Assembly: GCF_001194135.2 (NCBI RefSeq)
Contig: NC_069000.1
Location: 1,028,773 to 1,092,772 of the forward strand
Length of the DNA: 64,000 nucleotides
Source of the DNA: Octopus bimaculoides
Lineage: Eukaryota
Reading direction: 5' to 3'
Shown: in pieces, positions 1 to 11,248 of the stretch
Position numbering within the stretch: the first letter of the stretch is position 1
Layout of the letters: the number at the start of each line of letters is the position of its first letter
Notes under the pieces: model-generated
Told to the model about the DNA's origin: nothing
Seen by the model: the letters and a program-made list of their open reading frames with translations, nothing else
Database searches by the model: none
Position numbers and translations under genes: made by a program

Positions 1-645
1 TTCTATGTGTGCATACTTTTTCTAATACCAACCATTTTCATGTATACCAGCTGCTCATTTTGGGTCACCAACACTTCACATATATGTATATATACATGTA
101 CATACAAGACACACACACACCAATGTGCACATACATGCATGTGTGTATGCTTATCAATGCAGTCTATATTATAACTCGTAAACTTATTTGCATGTCTGTA
201 TGTTGGCATGTTTTTGTCTAAATCTATTTCACAGCACAATGGAGTGTTTGTTGTTGTTGCTGTTGTTGTTGTATAGCATTGGCTCTGTTCTGATCAAGGA
301 AGGACATTTTTATGTGGTTGTCTGGCTTGTAAGAAATTGCAGTCAAATCTTCCTCGAATACTACCCTACCGCTTTCAAAGTCAGTCAGATATACAGGATG
401 AACTAATTTATGCCATTTAGAATGGAGATGAGAAGTCTGTACCAAATCTCCCTTTTATCTGAAGTTTTCAACTAAGCTAAACAAAAACAGGTTTGACTTG
501 TTAAAAATCCCATGAATTTACCTGTGAAAAGAGAGACAACTAAAATATATTTTGACTCATTTTCTTCTGTCTGTCTGTGTCGCCCCTACATTCTCCTTCT
601 GTGTGTGTGTGTGTGTGCATTTGTTTGTGTGTGTGTGCATGTGTT

Positions 646-678
<33 letters not shown>

Positions 679-864
679 TTGCTTCTTTCTTTTATAATGT
701 GACCAAACTACTTTAAAAATTAATTATGACTAAGGCGGCACCGTTTGGTCATTAATATAATGTAGAATGTGCCTCGACTGTGTGTGTTTTGTTTGTTTGT
801 ATCAATCAACCAGTCATCACCATCTTTGTTTCAATGTTCACTTTTCCATACTTACATGAGTCAG

Positions 865-1000
865 ACAGAATTTGTTGAGGCAGATTTTGTACAGGTGGAT
901 GGCCTTGCTGTCACCAACCCTCACCTGTTTCCAAGTAAAGTAATATTTTTCTATGACCAGACATGTTTTCACAGAATACCACAAATGAAGGATCCGCGTT
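865..1000 (+). repeat. Interspersed repeat family 4
   Basis: ggatggcct...ccaaccctcacctgtttccaagtaaagtaatattt; matching copies at about 6960-7135 (-), 27370-27560 (+), 40960-41020 (+). Confidence 0.65.
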
Positions 1001-1394
1001 TACAATTATACAGCAAATGTCCAGGACTCAGTAAGACACACACACATGCGCACGTGTATGTGCATGGCTGCATGGTTACACATACCATGTGTTTAGCCAT
1101 GTCCTTTTATATCAAACCAAGATTTGGGACATTTGCTGAACAGAGATCCCTGAAATATGAAATAGTAGTGGGAGTGATATAAATGATTTTTTAAAAACAC
1201 TTGGAGGGTAATGCTGCAGCATGGCCACAGTTGAGTTCCTGAAAGGATTCTAAAGAAGGTGTTTGAAAGTTGAGGCAAGAATGACTCAAACGACCTTTGG
1301 CCATTTGATATGGCTCGCTCTTCTGCTATGGTGTCAGTATAACATCTGCCAGAGAAAAGCATCAAGGCAATTAATAAGGATAATGATAATTATT

Positions 1395-1604
1395 ATTTCT
1401 ATTCTAGGCACAAGGCCTTGGGGGAAGGAGGCTAGTGGATTATATCGACACCAGTGCGTAACTGGTACTTATTTCATCGACCCCCGTAAGGATGAAAGGT
1501 AAAATCGACCTCGGCGCAATTTGAACTCAGAACATAAAGACAGACGAAATGCTGCTAAGGATTTTGTCCGGCGCAGTAACAATTCTATAGGCTCGCTGCC
1601 TTAA

Positions 1605-1605
<1 letters not shown>
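1395..1605 (-). mobile_element. tRNA-derived CORE-type SINE (family 1), reverse orientation, CpG-rich copy
   Basis: Contains ggcacaaggcc...actggtacttatttcatcgacccc...gatgaaagg...cgacctcggcgcaatttgaactcagaac, flanked by (AAT)n. Probably one of the Octopus OK/OR SINE families; exact assignment needs RepeatMasker. Confidence 0.8.
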
Positions 1606-1635
<30 letters not shown>

Positions 1636-1946
1636 TGCTAGCGGAAAGTTTTGGTTTAATGATCTTTTAGTTTCCAGATAAAACAAACGTCCATTCAGGT
1701 ATGTAATGGGACACAACAAAGGGACATGCATGACAGAATGACGTTTGCGTGAAACACAAAACACATGGTCGATCGTCTTTCTGAATCCTTGCCTTTCATC
1801 TCGTCAATCTGAAACAAGGGGAGTAATTACAGGTCTAAACAAGTGATTAAGGGAGACGACTGTGATAGTCTTCGTCTTTGCCGGTGATGTGATTATCAAT
1901 GTGTTAGACATTAGATTTTTTTCAGACAGTTAAGATTTACAAAGCC

Positions 1947-2083
1947 TTTTTAGAGAGTAGAATGGCATTAACCTTTTGGAAGGAATTTCACAAATTGTGT
2001 GTAGGCTTTGCACACTTATTAAAGCCTACACACAATTTGTGAAATTCCTTCCTAAAGGTTAGTGCCATTCTACTCACTAAAAA
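1947..2083. repeat. Inverted repeat: 63-bp arms, 11-nt loop, 3 mismatches
   Basis: 1947-2009 versus reverse complement of 2021-2083; outer gttaagatt/aatcttaac arms extend it to about 1929-2102. Confidence 0.95.
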
Positions 2084-2329
2084 CTTTTTTCTTAATCTTA
2101 ACTTTTTGAAAAAAATCTTTCTCTAAATATATCATCATCATCGTCGTCGTCGTTTAACGTCCGCTTTCCATGCCGGCATGGGTTGGACGGTTTGACTGAG
2201 GACTGGCAAGCCAGAAGGCTGCACCAGGCTCCAATCTGATCTGGCAACGTTTCTACAGCCCTTCCTGGTTTTGGTTTATTAATTAGAATCCTTTCAGTGG
2301 TTGCATTATTTTGATGATATCCTTCGATC

Positions 2330-2530
2330 CAGATCCGTCAGCTATGCCAGGCAAAATAAAATGTTTTGTGCCATTTCGTTTGTCTTCCCATTCTGAGTTC
2401 AAATTCTACCAAGCTTGACTTTACCTTTCAGGGTCAATAAGTACCAGTTGCACACTGGGGTTGATGTAATCAACTTCTCCCCTCCCCAAACTTGCTGGCC
2501 TTGTGCCAAAATTTGAAACCAATATCATCA
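2330..2530 (+). mobile_element. Family-1 SINE
   Basis: ttctgagttcaaattc...gactttacctttcagggtcaataagtaccagttgcacactgggg...ggccttgtgccaaaatttgaaacc. Confidence 0.75.
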
Positions 2531-3842
2531 CTTCCAGGTTTTGTTGTGTTTGTGTTTTGTATTAGGTGGTTGGGGAGGTGTTTTTTTTATTTCGTTTTGT
2601 TTTAATAACTCCATAATGTGGTTAGTATAAAAAAAAGAGGTAAGTTCTTACTTGACAAGCTGAGACTACAATACGGTTTCAATTCCCAGCCAAGGACAGT
2701 TCAGTCCACTATGTTTATATTGTCCATGGAAAAGAAAAAAATTTCAACATTTCTCTCACACAGCCCTCTTTTTTCAAAACTTAATAACAGACATCTGTCT
2801 GTCTCTGATATTAAAAGAAGTCAGGATTCTAACAATGGCAGCAATAAACAAAAAACAATAAAAAAAAACAATGTATTTTTGACTGTTGCTGTTGTTAAAG
2901 TAACGTTTGATTCCTGTTGGCATTGGTTTAAGATATCTTCTTCCTCTCATGATGTAAATGGTCTTTGTGTTATTTTTCCTTTGGCCCTTTCTAGATTATA
3001 GGATAGGAAAGTTTAGGATGTTAAGGGTTAATACTGCTTCAGTTGCAGATACCAGATAATTTACCATGTTAAGCTACCCTTTCTGTACCCAAATATGTCC
3101 ACTAACATTCTCCAAGCCATATTGACTGGATCCATCCATACATTGGATCTAAAGAGACTTGTATTTCTTCATTAAAATCTTTCAAGTCCAGCTTTCTAAC
3201 CCTTTTGATGCCCTTTGAAAACCCCTGTTTAACTTTTGAACTCCTTCCTATTCCATGTAAATAAATGAAAATGCTTTATCTAGCTTCCTAACCCCTTTTC
3301 TGTGGCTTGACTAACTAAACCTGCTCACTTTCCATTCTTCCATTCAGCTGCTCACATCACAATCATCTGAACACCCAAATCTGGCTGGTTCGGTCAGTGC
3401 AGAGGCTGTAGGTCCAATGGGTTTCTAATGTGAGAAACTCTGAACTAATATTATTAATTTATAAAGAATGAACTAAGAGACAACTTTTGAGTTTCCTCTT
3501 GAAGGAAATGATACTGCTGTTATGTGGATGAAGATCCAAACATTCCAAAGTAAAAACAAACAAGAGAGAAAATCCCACCTGCAACAAAGATACCACCAGG
3601 TGGCAGTAGTATGACTGGACAAGTGTTCTATCATAGCCTTGGGTTGACCAGTGCCTTGTGAGTAGAATTTGGTGACAGAAATTGTGAAAAGCCTTTCACA
3701 TATGCATGTGTTCTATCTTCTGCCAATTTATAAAAACAAAACGTGTAAATGTTGGCAAGAAAATCAATGAACTTGTGCTTTTGAACAAAAATACCTTGTG
3801 ATATTTGTTGAGTTTCACAGTTACTCCCTTGTCACTCTTACC

Positions 3843-3920
3843 ATTGGAAATGGAGTAAACCAATGGCCTCTTGCAAACCTCTGACCAACGATGCTATTGG
3901 CCAACAAATGGGCTATAAAA
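3843..3920 (+). promoter_or_regulatory. Candidate promoter: three CCAAT boxes plus TATAAAA
   Basis: ATTGG 3843, CCAAT 3860, ATTGG 3896, TATAAAA 3914-3920; about 580 bp upstream of the exon A acceptor. Motifs only. Confidence 0.3.
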
Positions 3921-4500
3921 TATAGACTTCAAAATAGTAGATTGCCATAGTAAATCCCATCCCAAAGTAGACCTTGCACGATTAATTTCTCCCTAATCTT
4001 AAAACAGATGAGCTGCAGAAATGCTAGGTCTTACGGTTGAGGTTAATTCATATAAAGAGCTAATAACTTACTTGAAAGAAGCAGAACAAAACCCTTCTCT
4101 CCAAGAACCAGTTCTTGATGTTGTTCCACCTTAGGTTGCATCTGGTGGAGCAGACATATAATTGAAGGTTTTCCACTCATGATCATTCTGCCTTTCCAGA
4201 TATAGTTTATTTTGGACTACATTAATCCAATATAACCCTCACATATTGTTTTTTTTTTAATAATAGTTTGACTTAGAATAAAGAAATAATAGATATATTT
4301 CAAGAAATGTTCCCTTTTACAGCATTTAAAAATTCTCAAAAGCTTTCAGAATGTATCATAAAAAATTCTGTAAAATACAGAATAAAATACGTTTTCGCTT
4401 TTCCGTTTCAGCTCTGAAATCCTTGTCCACCTCTGACCTGTCTAACCCCTATTTAATTTTGCTTCTTCTTTAACCTACTAACCACCTCTTCCCTTTCCAG

Positions 4501-5294
4501 GTATCTACACTACATCCATTCGCAATGTTTCTAATGTCTACGCTACAGGATTCTCGCCTGCAAACTGGACTTTCAATCTTTGGTATGCCGTTTACATGTG
4601 GACGGCTGCTTGGCTTCTCTTCTGTGTATCTACAATCTGTACTGTGAGCGGCAATAGTTACCTCTACCTCGAACCCGATGTGTTTCCCTCTAAGTTCTAT
4701 CTGATCTTTGCCGTTACCCTCTGCCTCAACATCAGCTGGTTCATCCTTTATGACCGATCCTTCTTCATTGCTAGCTTCTTTGTCGCACTTACCATGACTG
4801 TCTTCTCTTTCACCACCCTCGGCATATCGATCTACTATCTCTATCTATATGCGAACACACTCATTAAAAACAGCTTTGGCACTCAGGCCTGTCTCATCCA
4901 GCTGCTCGTCCATAATGGTATTGCCTTCTTTGGCACCTGGGTCACCTTGTTGATGCACATGAATCTGGACATAGCCCTACACTACAGATGGGAGGTGAGC
5001 CGTTACATCAGCGACCTGGTTCCGCTTTGCATCCTGGTTGTTCTCATAGTCACCTGGTTCACCTTGGACATAGCCATCTTCGACACCTTCACCCGATATC
5101 TGCTCAGCCCTTACGTCATGTTGGTGATTGTCTTCTCTGGGGTCGTTCATAAACAAGTCGATGTAAACAGCATCGACAGAATTGGGATTGTTGTTCTGGT
5201 GATGCTAATTCTTAGTTCTGTGACTTTAGTGACCAAATTCCTCTTCATGATCTGGAGGCATTTCAATGGCCCACAGACTAGTCTCTCTGTGTAA
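4501..5294 (+). CDS. Paralog A: large terminal coding exon of a TSPO/TspO-like multi-pass membrane protein (TM2-TM8); upstream TM1 exon not found
   Basis: Polypyrimidine tract and AG at 4499-4500. Phase-1 start gives (G)IYTTSIRNVSNVYATGFSPANWTFNLWYAVYMWTAAW..., open to TAA at 5292-5294 (794 nt). Colinear with B, C and D (NISW..LYDR, LVHNGIAFFGTW, MIWRHF). The ORF track start at 4596 is an internal Met. Confidence 0.9.
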
Positions 5295-5447
5295 AATCTC
5301 ATGACTACTGAAACATGGAAAATAAGATTTGTTTTTCTCAATTTTAATTTTAAAATAACTGAAAAAGGACAATCATTCAATTATTAAGGTTTCAACAAAA
5401 TTTGTGAAATTCTATCTATATTTTTACTGAATTCCATTAATTTTTCC

Positions 5448-5496
<49 letters not shown>

Positions 5497-5498
<2 letters not shown>

Positions 5499-5695
5499 GG
5501 TGGTGAGCTGGCAGAATCATTAGCACGCTGGACGAAATGCTTAGCGGTATTTTGCCCATTGCTATATTCTGAGTTCAAATTCCAGCAAGGTCGACTTGGC
5601 CTTTCATCCTTTTGGAGTCGATAAAATAAGTACCAATTGAGTACTGGGGGCGATGTAAATGACTTACCCCACCTTCCCCAAGCAAAAATTTGAAA

Positions 5696-5733
<38 letters not shown>

Positions 5734-5950
5734 GCTGGCAGAATTGTTAGCATATCAGACCAAAAATGCTTAACAACATTTCTTCCAGCTCTTTACATTC
5801 CAAATTCAAATTCCACCAAAGTCGACTTTGCCTTTTTTTTTTGCCTTTTGGGGTCAATAAAATCTGTACCAGTTTTCTACTGGGATTGAATGTAATTGAT
5901 TTACCCCATCTCCCCTAATATTGCTGTACTTCTACCAAGATTTGAAACAA
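5497..5950 (+). mobile_element. Two tandem family-1 SINEs separated by (ATT)n, just downstream of exon A
   Basis: Heads ggtggtgagctggcagaatc (5499) and aagctggcagaattg (5733), each with B-box gagttcaaattcc and the core gcctttcatcc...ataaaataagtacca. Confidence 0.85.
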
Positions 5951-8020
5951 TTATTGTTATTATTATTATGATTATTATTATTATTAATGCTGTTTTATTT
6001 TTTTTTTAGTAAATAAATATAAAATAAACCTCCCAAATCTTGAACTTGTGTATTTTTGTGACAAATTAGTTTGTTATTATTGAAGTGGCTGCTTTTAATA
6101 TTGTTGCAGTTGTTTTGGTTGTCTGCTATAAATTAAGGTTTTTTTTTGCTATGCAGACAATAAGATTCTGTGTGTGTGTGTGTGTGTGTGTGTACACATA
6201 ATGTTACTGGTTACTGATATTGGTTACATGTTATTGTTGTTGTTGTGCATGTTGGACTGCTGTTTTCTTATCTGCTTCTGTAGTATTGATATTGTTTTAT
6301 GCATGTTTGTTCAGTAGTTGTGTCATATACATGCATGTATGCATGCACACATATTCATGTGTGGACTTTCTTTTTCTAATTTACTCTGCAAACTACACTT
6401 TGGATTGTTCAACAGTTTGATTTGTGAAGTTAGGGCAGCCTTGATGAAAGGCATTTAACATTGAGGAGCTGTGTTACCTCTTGATAGTAGAGGTAGCTTT
6501 GAGGAATATGTCAGCTGAAATATAGGAACATTTTGAGGAGCAAAAATGGCTAGTAAATTTATATCAAAAAAGGAGAAAATGCTTTGAGAATTTTATGAAT
6601 AAAAAGAAAATATTTTTACAATTTCATCTAAATATGCTACCGGTTTCAATTCTTTTAAACCAATTTAGTCATGCTGTAAGAAGAAATTACTATTTCATAT
6701 ATTTGGGAAGTCCACTTGTTTTTCTTACAAAATTCTCATGGTATTGGTTGTTGTTTCCTTCTGATGGCTGCTGGATTGTGAGATATATATATAAAGCTAT
6801 AAAGTGACTCAAATTCTGAGAGTGTCATGCATGGCATTTATGATCAGTGTAATGTATGAAACCCTCAGCCCAGTCAGTTAACCCCAGGCCAATCTAAGCT
6901 ACGTAATTTGCTAGATGGAAAGTGAAAGGAAGCCATTGAATGTGGGTGTGTCTACTTGTCTTGATATCATGCGATAACTGTAAATGAGCATCACCATCAT
7001 ACACGTCAGGTTGTTCGTTTGAATTCTTCCATGGAAACTTGTTCAGCGATGGAGAAATATTACCATGCTTGGAAACAGGTGAGAGTTGGCAACAGGAAGG
7101 ACATTTTGCCACAGAAAATCTGCTTCAACAAATTCCTTTCACCCACCCGATGCACACTTAGAAAAGTGGACATTAAAATCATAAGATCCAGGTATCTAGG
7201 TGTAGGAAGTTAGTAAGCTTCGAGCAGTCCGTAGAAGGTATAAAAAAAAACAACTTTCAGAAATAATAATAGTTTATTGAGATTGAAGGTTGTAGGTTTT
7301 TCTCATATCAAAGTTCAATAAGCTAAAAAAAGTTTCTTTATTGTTCACAGTTAGCAAGTAGGATTGCCATGAATGCAAATAAAAATCCAAAATTGAGGGA
7401 ATGAAGCAGGTAAAATCCTGACTACATAGGTTTCCTTGCTAGCAGATCCTCAAAAGTAATAATTAATCAATAAGAGGTGCTCTACTAATTACTTTTAAAT
7501 TATATCTCTGGCGAGTTAACTTGGGATTCTTTAATGACAATGTATGTAACCTCCGTTTAACTAAGGTATCTTCAGCCTGATGAGTAGTTAGTGGAGGAAC
7601 CCCTCATTGAGTAATCATTACTTCCAAGGGTCTGCTAGCTGGGAAAACATATGTGGCCTAAGCACCCACTACACTCTTGGAGTGGTTGGCTTTAGGAAGG
7701 GCATCCAGTTGTAGAAATTATCAGATGAGAGAGTTCGAGAAGTTAATGTTGTTAGTTGAAGATAAGGAGGACAGACTAAAACTGATCTGGGGGTGAGATG
7801 GTTAGGTCAGCGTTAGGACCAAATAACTCAGAATCATACAGAAGGCAGGAAATAGTTTAGGAAGCAAGGAGAGAATGCAGTTGGATAAGGTATGAGGCAA
7901 TTGAGACGTCGTCCCACAATGTCAAACTAATAATAGGTAAGAATGATTGCGGCTGAATGTTTTCCTATGGAAACCATTCCACTGCAAAGACAGCAACAAA
8001 TATTGAACTAATGGTGATGC

Positions 8021-8298
8021 TAATGGGGGTTAATAATGGTAATTAATAATTAATAATGGGGGTTAATAATGGTAATTAATAATGGTAATTAATAATGGTA
8101 ATTAATAATGGTAATTAATAATGGTAATTAATAATGGTAATTAATAATGGTAATTAATAATGGTAATTAATAATGGNNNNNNNNNNAATAATGGTAATTA
8201 ATAATGGTAATTAATAATGGTAATTAATAATTAATAATGGTAATTAATAATGGTAATTAATAATGGTAATTAATAATGGTAATTAATAATGGTAATTA
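8021..8298. repeat. 13-bp minisatellite (GGTAATTAATAAT)n with a 10-N gap
   Basis: Near-perfect tandem units visible on both sides of the gap at 8177-8186. Confidence 0.95.
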
Positions 8299-8304
8299 AA
8301 GTAA

Positions 8305-8500
8305 TGTGGCAAGCTGGCAGGATTGGTGGCGTGCCAAAATGCTTGGAGGCATTTCATCTAAGTTCAAATTCTGCTAAGGTCAACTTTGACTTTCATCCAT
8401 TTTGGGGTCAATAAAATAAGACCCAGTTGAGCATTAGGGCTCAATATAACTGACTTACCACCCTCCCCCGAAATTACTGGCCTTGTGCCAAAAATGGAAA
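8305..8500 (+). mobile_element. Family-1 SINE
   Basis: gcaagctggcaggatt...gttcaaattctgctaaggtcaactttgactttcatcc...gtcaataaaataagacccagttgagc. Confidence 0.75.
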
Positions 8501-8654
8501 CCAAAATGGAAATTAAAGTAAGTAGAGGACAGAATGAGAGGACAGAGGTCAGCTGCTTGGCTGTTGATGATTTGGTTTCGCAGACTGGACACTCGACCGG
8601 TTCTTGTGACACTTACACACACACACACACATGCATGTACAGAAATATGTACAT

Positions 8655-8990
8655 AGGTGCAAGCATGGTTCAATCCTACTGCATGGTACCTTGGGCAAGT
8701 GTCTTCTACCATAGCCTTGGGCCAACCTAAGCGTTGTGAGTGAATTTGATAAACGGAAACTGAAAGAAGCCCATCATATATGTGTGCAGGTGTGAGTGTG
8801 TCCCATCACAGCTTGACAACCAGTGTTGATGTGTTTATGTCCCCATAGCTTAGCAGTTCAGCAAAAGAGACTGATAGAATAAGCACCAGGCTTTAAAAAA
8901 AAAGAAAAGAAGTAGTGAGGTTGATTCATTTGACCAAGGCATTGCCCCAGCATGGCCACAACCTAATGACTGAAACAAGTAAAAGATGAA
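8655..8990 (+). mobile_element. SINE family 2
   Basis: ggtaccttgggcaagtgtcttctaccatagcc...ggaaactgaaagaagccc...(TG)n...gcttgacaaccagtgttg...ccccagcatggcc...tgactgaaacaagtaaaaga. Other copies at about 47985-48320 (+), 29045-29450 (-), 35330-35660 (-), 47761-47945 (-), 27590-27720 (-), 3620-3710 (+). Confidence 0.8.
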
Positions 8991-9100
8991 AAGTGTACAG
9001 GTAGAGAGGAACATTAGGTGTGTCAGCACAACTGGATGCTCACACATAAGCAGAGAGGGAAGGAGGGAGAGGGAGGGAAGGAGGGGGAGAGGGAGGGAAG

Positions 9101-9437
9101 NNNNNNNNNNNNNNNNNNNNNNNNNNNNNNNNNNNNNNNNNNNNNNNNNNNNNNNNNNNNNNNNNNNNNNNNNNNNNNNNNNNNNNNNNNNNNNNNNNNN
9201 NNNNNNNNNNNNNNNNNNNNNNNNNNNNNNNNNNNNNNNNNNNNNNNNNNNNNNNNNNNNNNNNNNNNNNNNNNNNNNNNNNNNNNNNNNNNNNNNNNNN
9301 NNNNNNNNNNNNNNNNNNNNNNNNNNNNNNNNNNNNNNNNNNNNNNNNNNNNNNNNNNNNNNNNNNNNNNNNNNNNNNNNNNNNNNNNNNNNNNNNNNNN
9401 NNNNNNNNNNNNNNNNNNNNNNNNNNNNNNNNNNNNN
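9101..9437. other. Assembly gap between exons A and B
   Basis: N run. Other gaps: 8177-8186, 22413-22432, 40224-40490, 41730-42231, 43563-43849, 47478-47760, 49018-49116, 52796-52969, 53621-53930, 55684-56520. Confidence 1.
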
Positions 9438-9640
9438 GATAAGCTGGTAATTCATTAAGCAGTGTTGACCAATAGAGGCCTTCTTGAGTTTCTCTCAAAA
9501 CCCATTACTCTTCTCTTGATATCTAATAAGATGGGTTTGTTCTATGAACCCACAAAACTTTAAGTCACATGGAGCTAAATCAAACTATTATTAAATAATT
9601 TGATAGGGAACACCTATCAAATGTGTTGAGTGCCACTTTC

Positions 9641-9676
<36 letters not shown>

Positions 9677-9919
9677 TCATCATCGTTGTCATCGTTTAAC
9701 GTCCTCTTTCCATGCTGGTATGGGTTGGACAGTTTGACTGAGGACTGGTGAACTAGCAGGCAGTACTGGCATCGACCATGTTTGAATGGTGCTTTTTACA
9801 TGCCACTGGCATGGGAGCCAGTGAGGTGGCAAAAACAAAGACAGGTGTATAAACAATAAGCAGGTGTATTAGTTTGATGCTCGGGAAGGTGAGAAAATCT
9901 TTTGTTTAGAGCCTATGCT

Positions 9920-10578
9920 CTTCAACAGAAAGGAACACAAGGAAATAAGGGTCTGTATATAACCATCTGTTATTTCTTCTGTTAACTTTTTGTTCTTGGT
10001 TGAAGTTTTCCTCGTTTAAGAAAAACCAAATCAAATCTTCTTTTGCTGGATTTTTCAGTTTGTTTAAGAGCCTTTTAGATCTGATGTAGTGATTTTCTTT
10101 TGCTTTTTGGGGACAAATTGACTTTTCCTCATCATACAAGACTTGTATCTGATGTCTTCATGGACAACATTTATCGCTATTCCTTCTGACACATGGTGAT
10201 CTTTTGCAAATGACCTCATGGACTTTCTGGGATTGTAATCAAATGGTCTGTTGAATTTGCTGGATAAATTCAGGTCATCTGATGATTTCAGAGCATTTAG
10301 AATGCTTTCTATGCTTTGATACTGGTGATATGTTTCCATCTTTAATCTCCAACTCCTTACAAACTTTGTAGATGAAAGATCTGGTAACTTTTTAAAAATC
10401 GAGATATTTCTAAATCGTTATGCTCAGCTTTTATAACCACAATAACAGAATGCCTCTTCATTTCTTGAATAAGCTGAGGGTCTGCCATTTATTATTTTCT
10501 GAAGCAAAGATTATACAGCGTTAGCAAAAAATGCAGCAATGACCCAAAAAAGAAATGTCCTCAATACCTTATGCACCC
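9920..10578 (-). mobile_element. Degenerate Tc1/mariner (maT/DD37D-like) transposon, 5' end and N-terminal to middle transposase
   Basis: Terminus TA-GGGTGCATAAGG, ATG at 10488 (MADPQLIQEMKRHSVIVVIKAEHNDLEISRFLK). Frameshifted pieces read ELEIKDGNISPVSKHRKHS..PEFIQQIQQ, PRKSMRSFAKD..VVHEDIRYKS and LLNKLKNP..WFFLNEENFNQEQKVNRRNNRWL, matching my recollection of maT-type transposases. Confidence 0.8.
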
Positions 10579-10579
10579 T

Positions 10580-10614
<35 letters not shown>

Positions 10615-10615
<1 letters not shown>

Positions 10616-10900
10616 GGGTGTGTTCATTGACCTCTCTCTCAACAATGCTCCAGATGTAATAGTGCAATGTGTGGGTGTGTGGTATGTTGGTATGAAGTAA
10701 CATCATATATGTCATAGAAAATATGGTTCTTGGTTCACTACTCCTAGGAAGAGAGAATGCCTTTGATAATAGGGGTCTTCTTGAAATGAGTGTAACTCTT
10801 ACCCAGCCTTGTATTAACCACTCTATCCAGTCCTTATTCTTCAGAATGTTATCCCTCTGGAACTCCCTCCTCATTGCACTTTAAGAACATCATCAACCAT
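10615..10900 (-). mobile_element. C-terminal fragment of a maT/Tc1-mariner transposase
   Basis: Reads ...LHYYIWSIVEREVNEH, resembling the (SPDLNP)LDYYVWSIVEREVN motif after the third catalytic Asp; upstream part is degenerate. Confidence 0.6.
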
Positions 10901-11248
10901 ATTGGTGTCACTGACCTTGTGAAGGCCTTGGCAAAGCCCCCTTTTCAAGATCAAACCAATTAATAAATCAAAAGTCCTTATCTCTATTTAGTTTTTAATT
11001 GTTGTTCAATGTTGTTTTCTTCCAAAAGTTTCTCAGCACAATTAATATCCTAACATCTGTTTCGAATGCATCATGATATGGCTTCTACTCTTTAAAAAGA
11101 CACTGGGTTTTATTTCTGCATGTGTTTGTGGTTTTGCTCAAGCATGGCCATTTTTCACCATGTAAAAAATAAAAACAATATTTTCCTCATTAGTTGATTA
11201 CTTTGTCTTTCCTGATATTTGTGTTTCTTCTTTTTTAAATCTTTCTAG

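Noticed and set aside
235-328. Acceptor + cacaATGG + MECLLLLLLLLYSIG... + donor CTT|GTAAGA as the missing shared first exon
   Set aside because: The donor is phase 0, whereas A, B and C need phase 1, so splicing would be out of frame. The hydrophobic run is a (TTG)n microsatellite.
224-445. Minus-strand poly-Gln ORF
   Set aside because: The poly-Q is the same (CAA)n microsatellite; there is an in-frame stop just upstream and no usable splice pair or homology.
1650-1910. Possible non-LTR retrotransposon remnant
   Set aside because: Only vague motif resemblance in several frames; could not be assigned.
4072-4141. Homeodomain-helix-3-like peptide NLRWNNIKNWFLERR on the minus strand
   Set aside because: Too short, lacks WFxN and the rest of the domain; likely chance.
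4965-5005. CRAC-like cholesterol motif after TM5 in A (L-H-Y-RWEVS-R)
   Set aside because: The motif has low specificity and is not conserved in B, C or D.
5240-5270. Lys conserved in the last TM of all four paralogs (VTK, LYK, VFK, LCK) as a possible retinal-binding lysine
   Set aside because: There is no DxxxK, SxxxK or animal-opsin context, the N-terminal motifs are TSPO-type, and a Lys near a helix end fits snorkelling. It would need a structure model and a retinal-binding test to revive.
8021-8298. CRISPR-like arrays (also 26780-26889 and 32860-33125)
   Set aside because: Contiguous tandem units without unique spacers, in a eukaryotic context.
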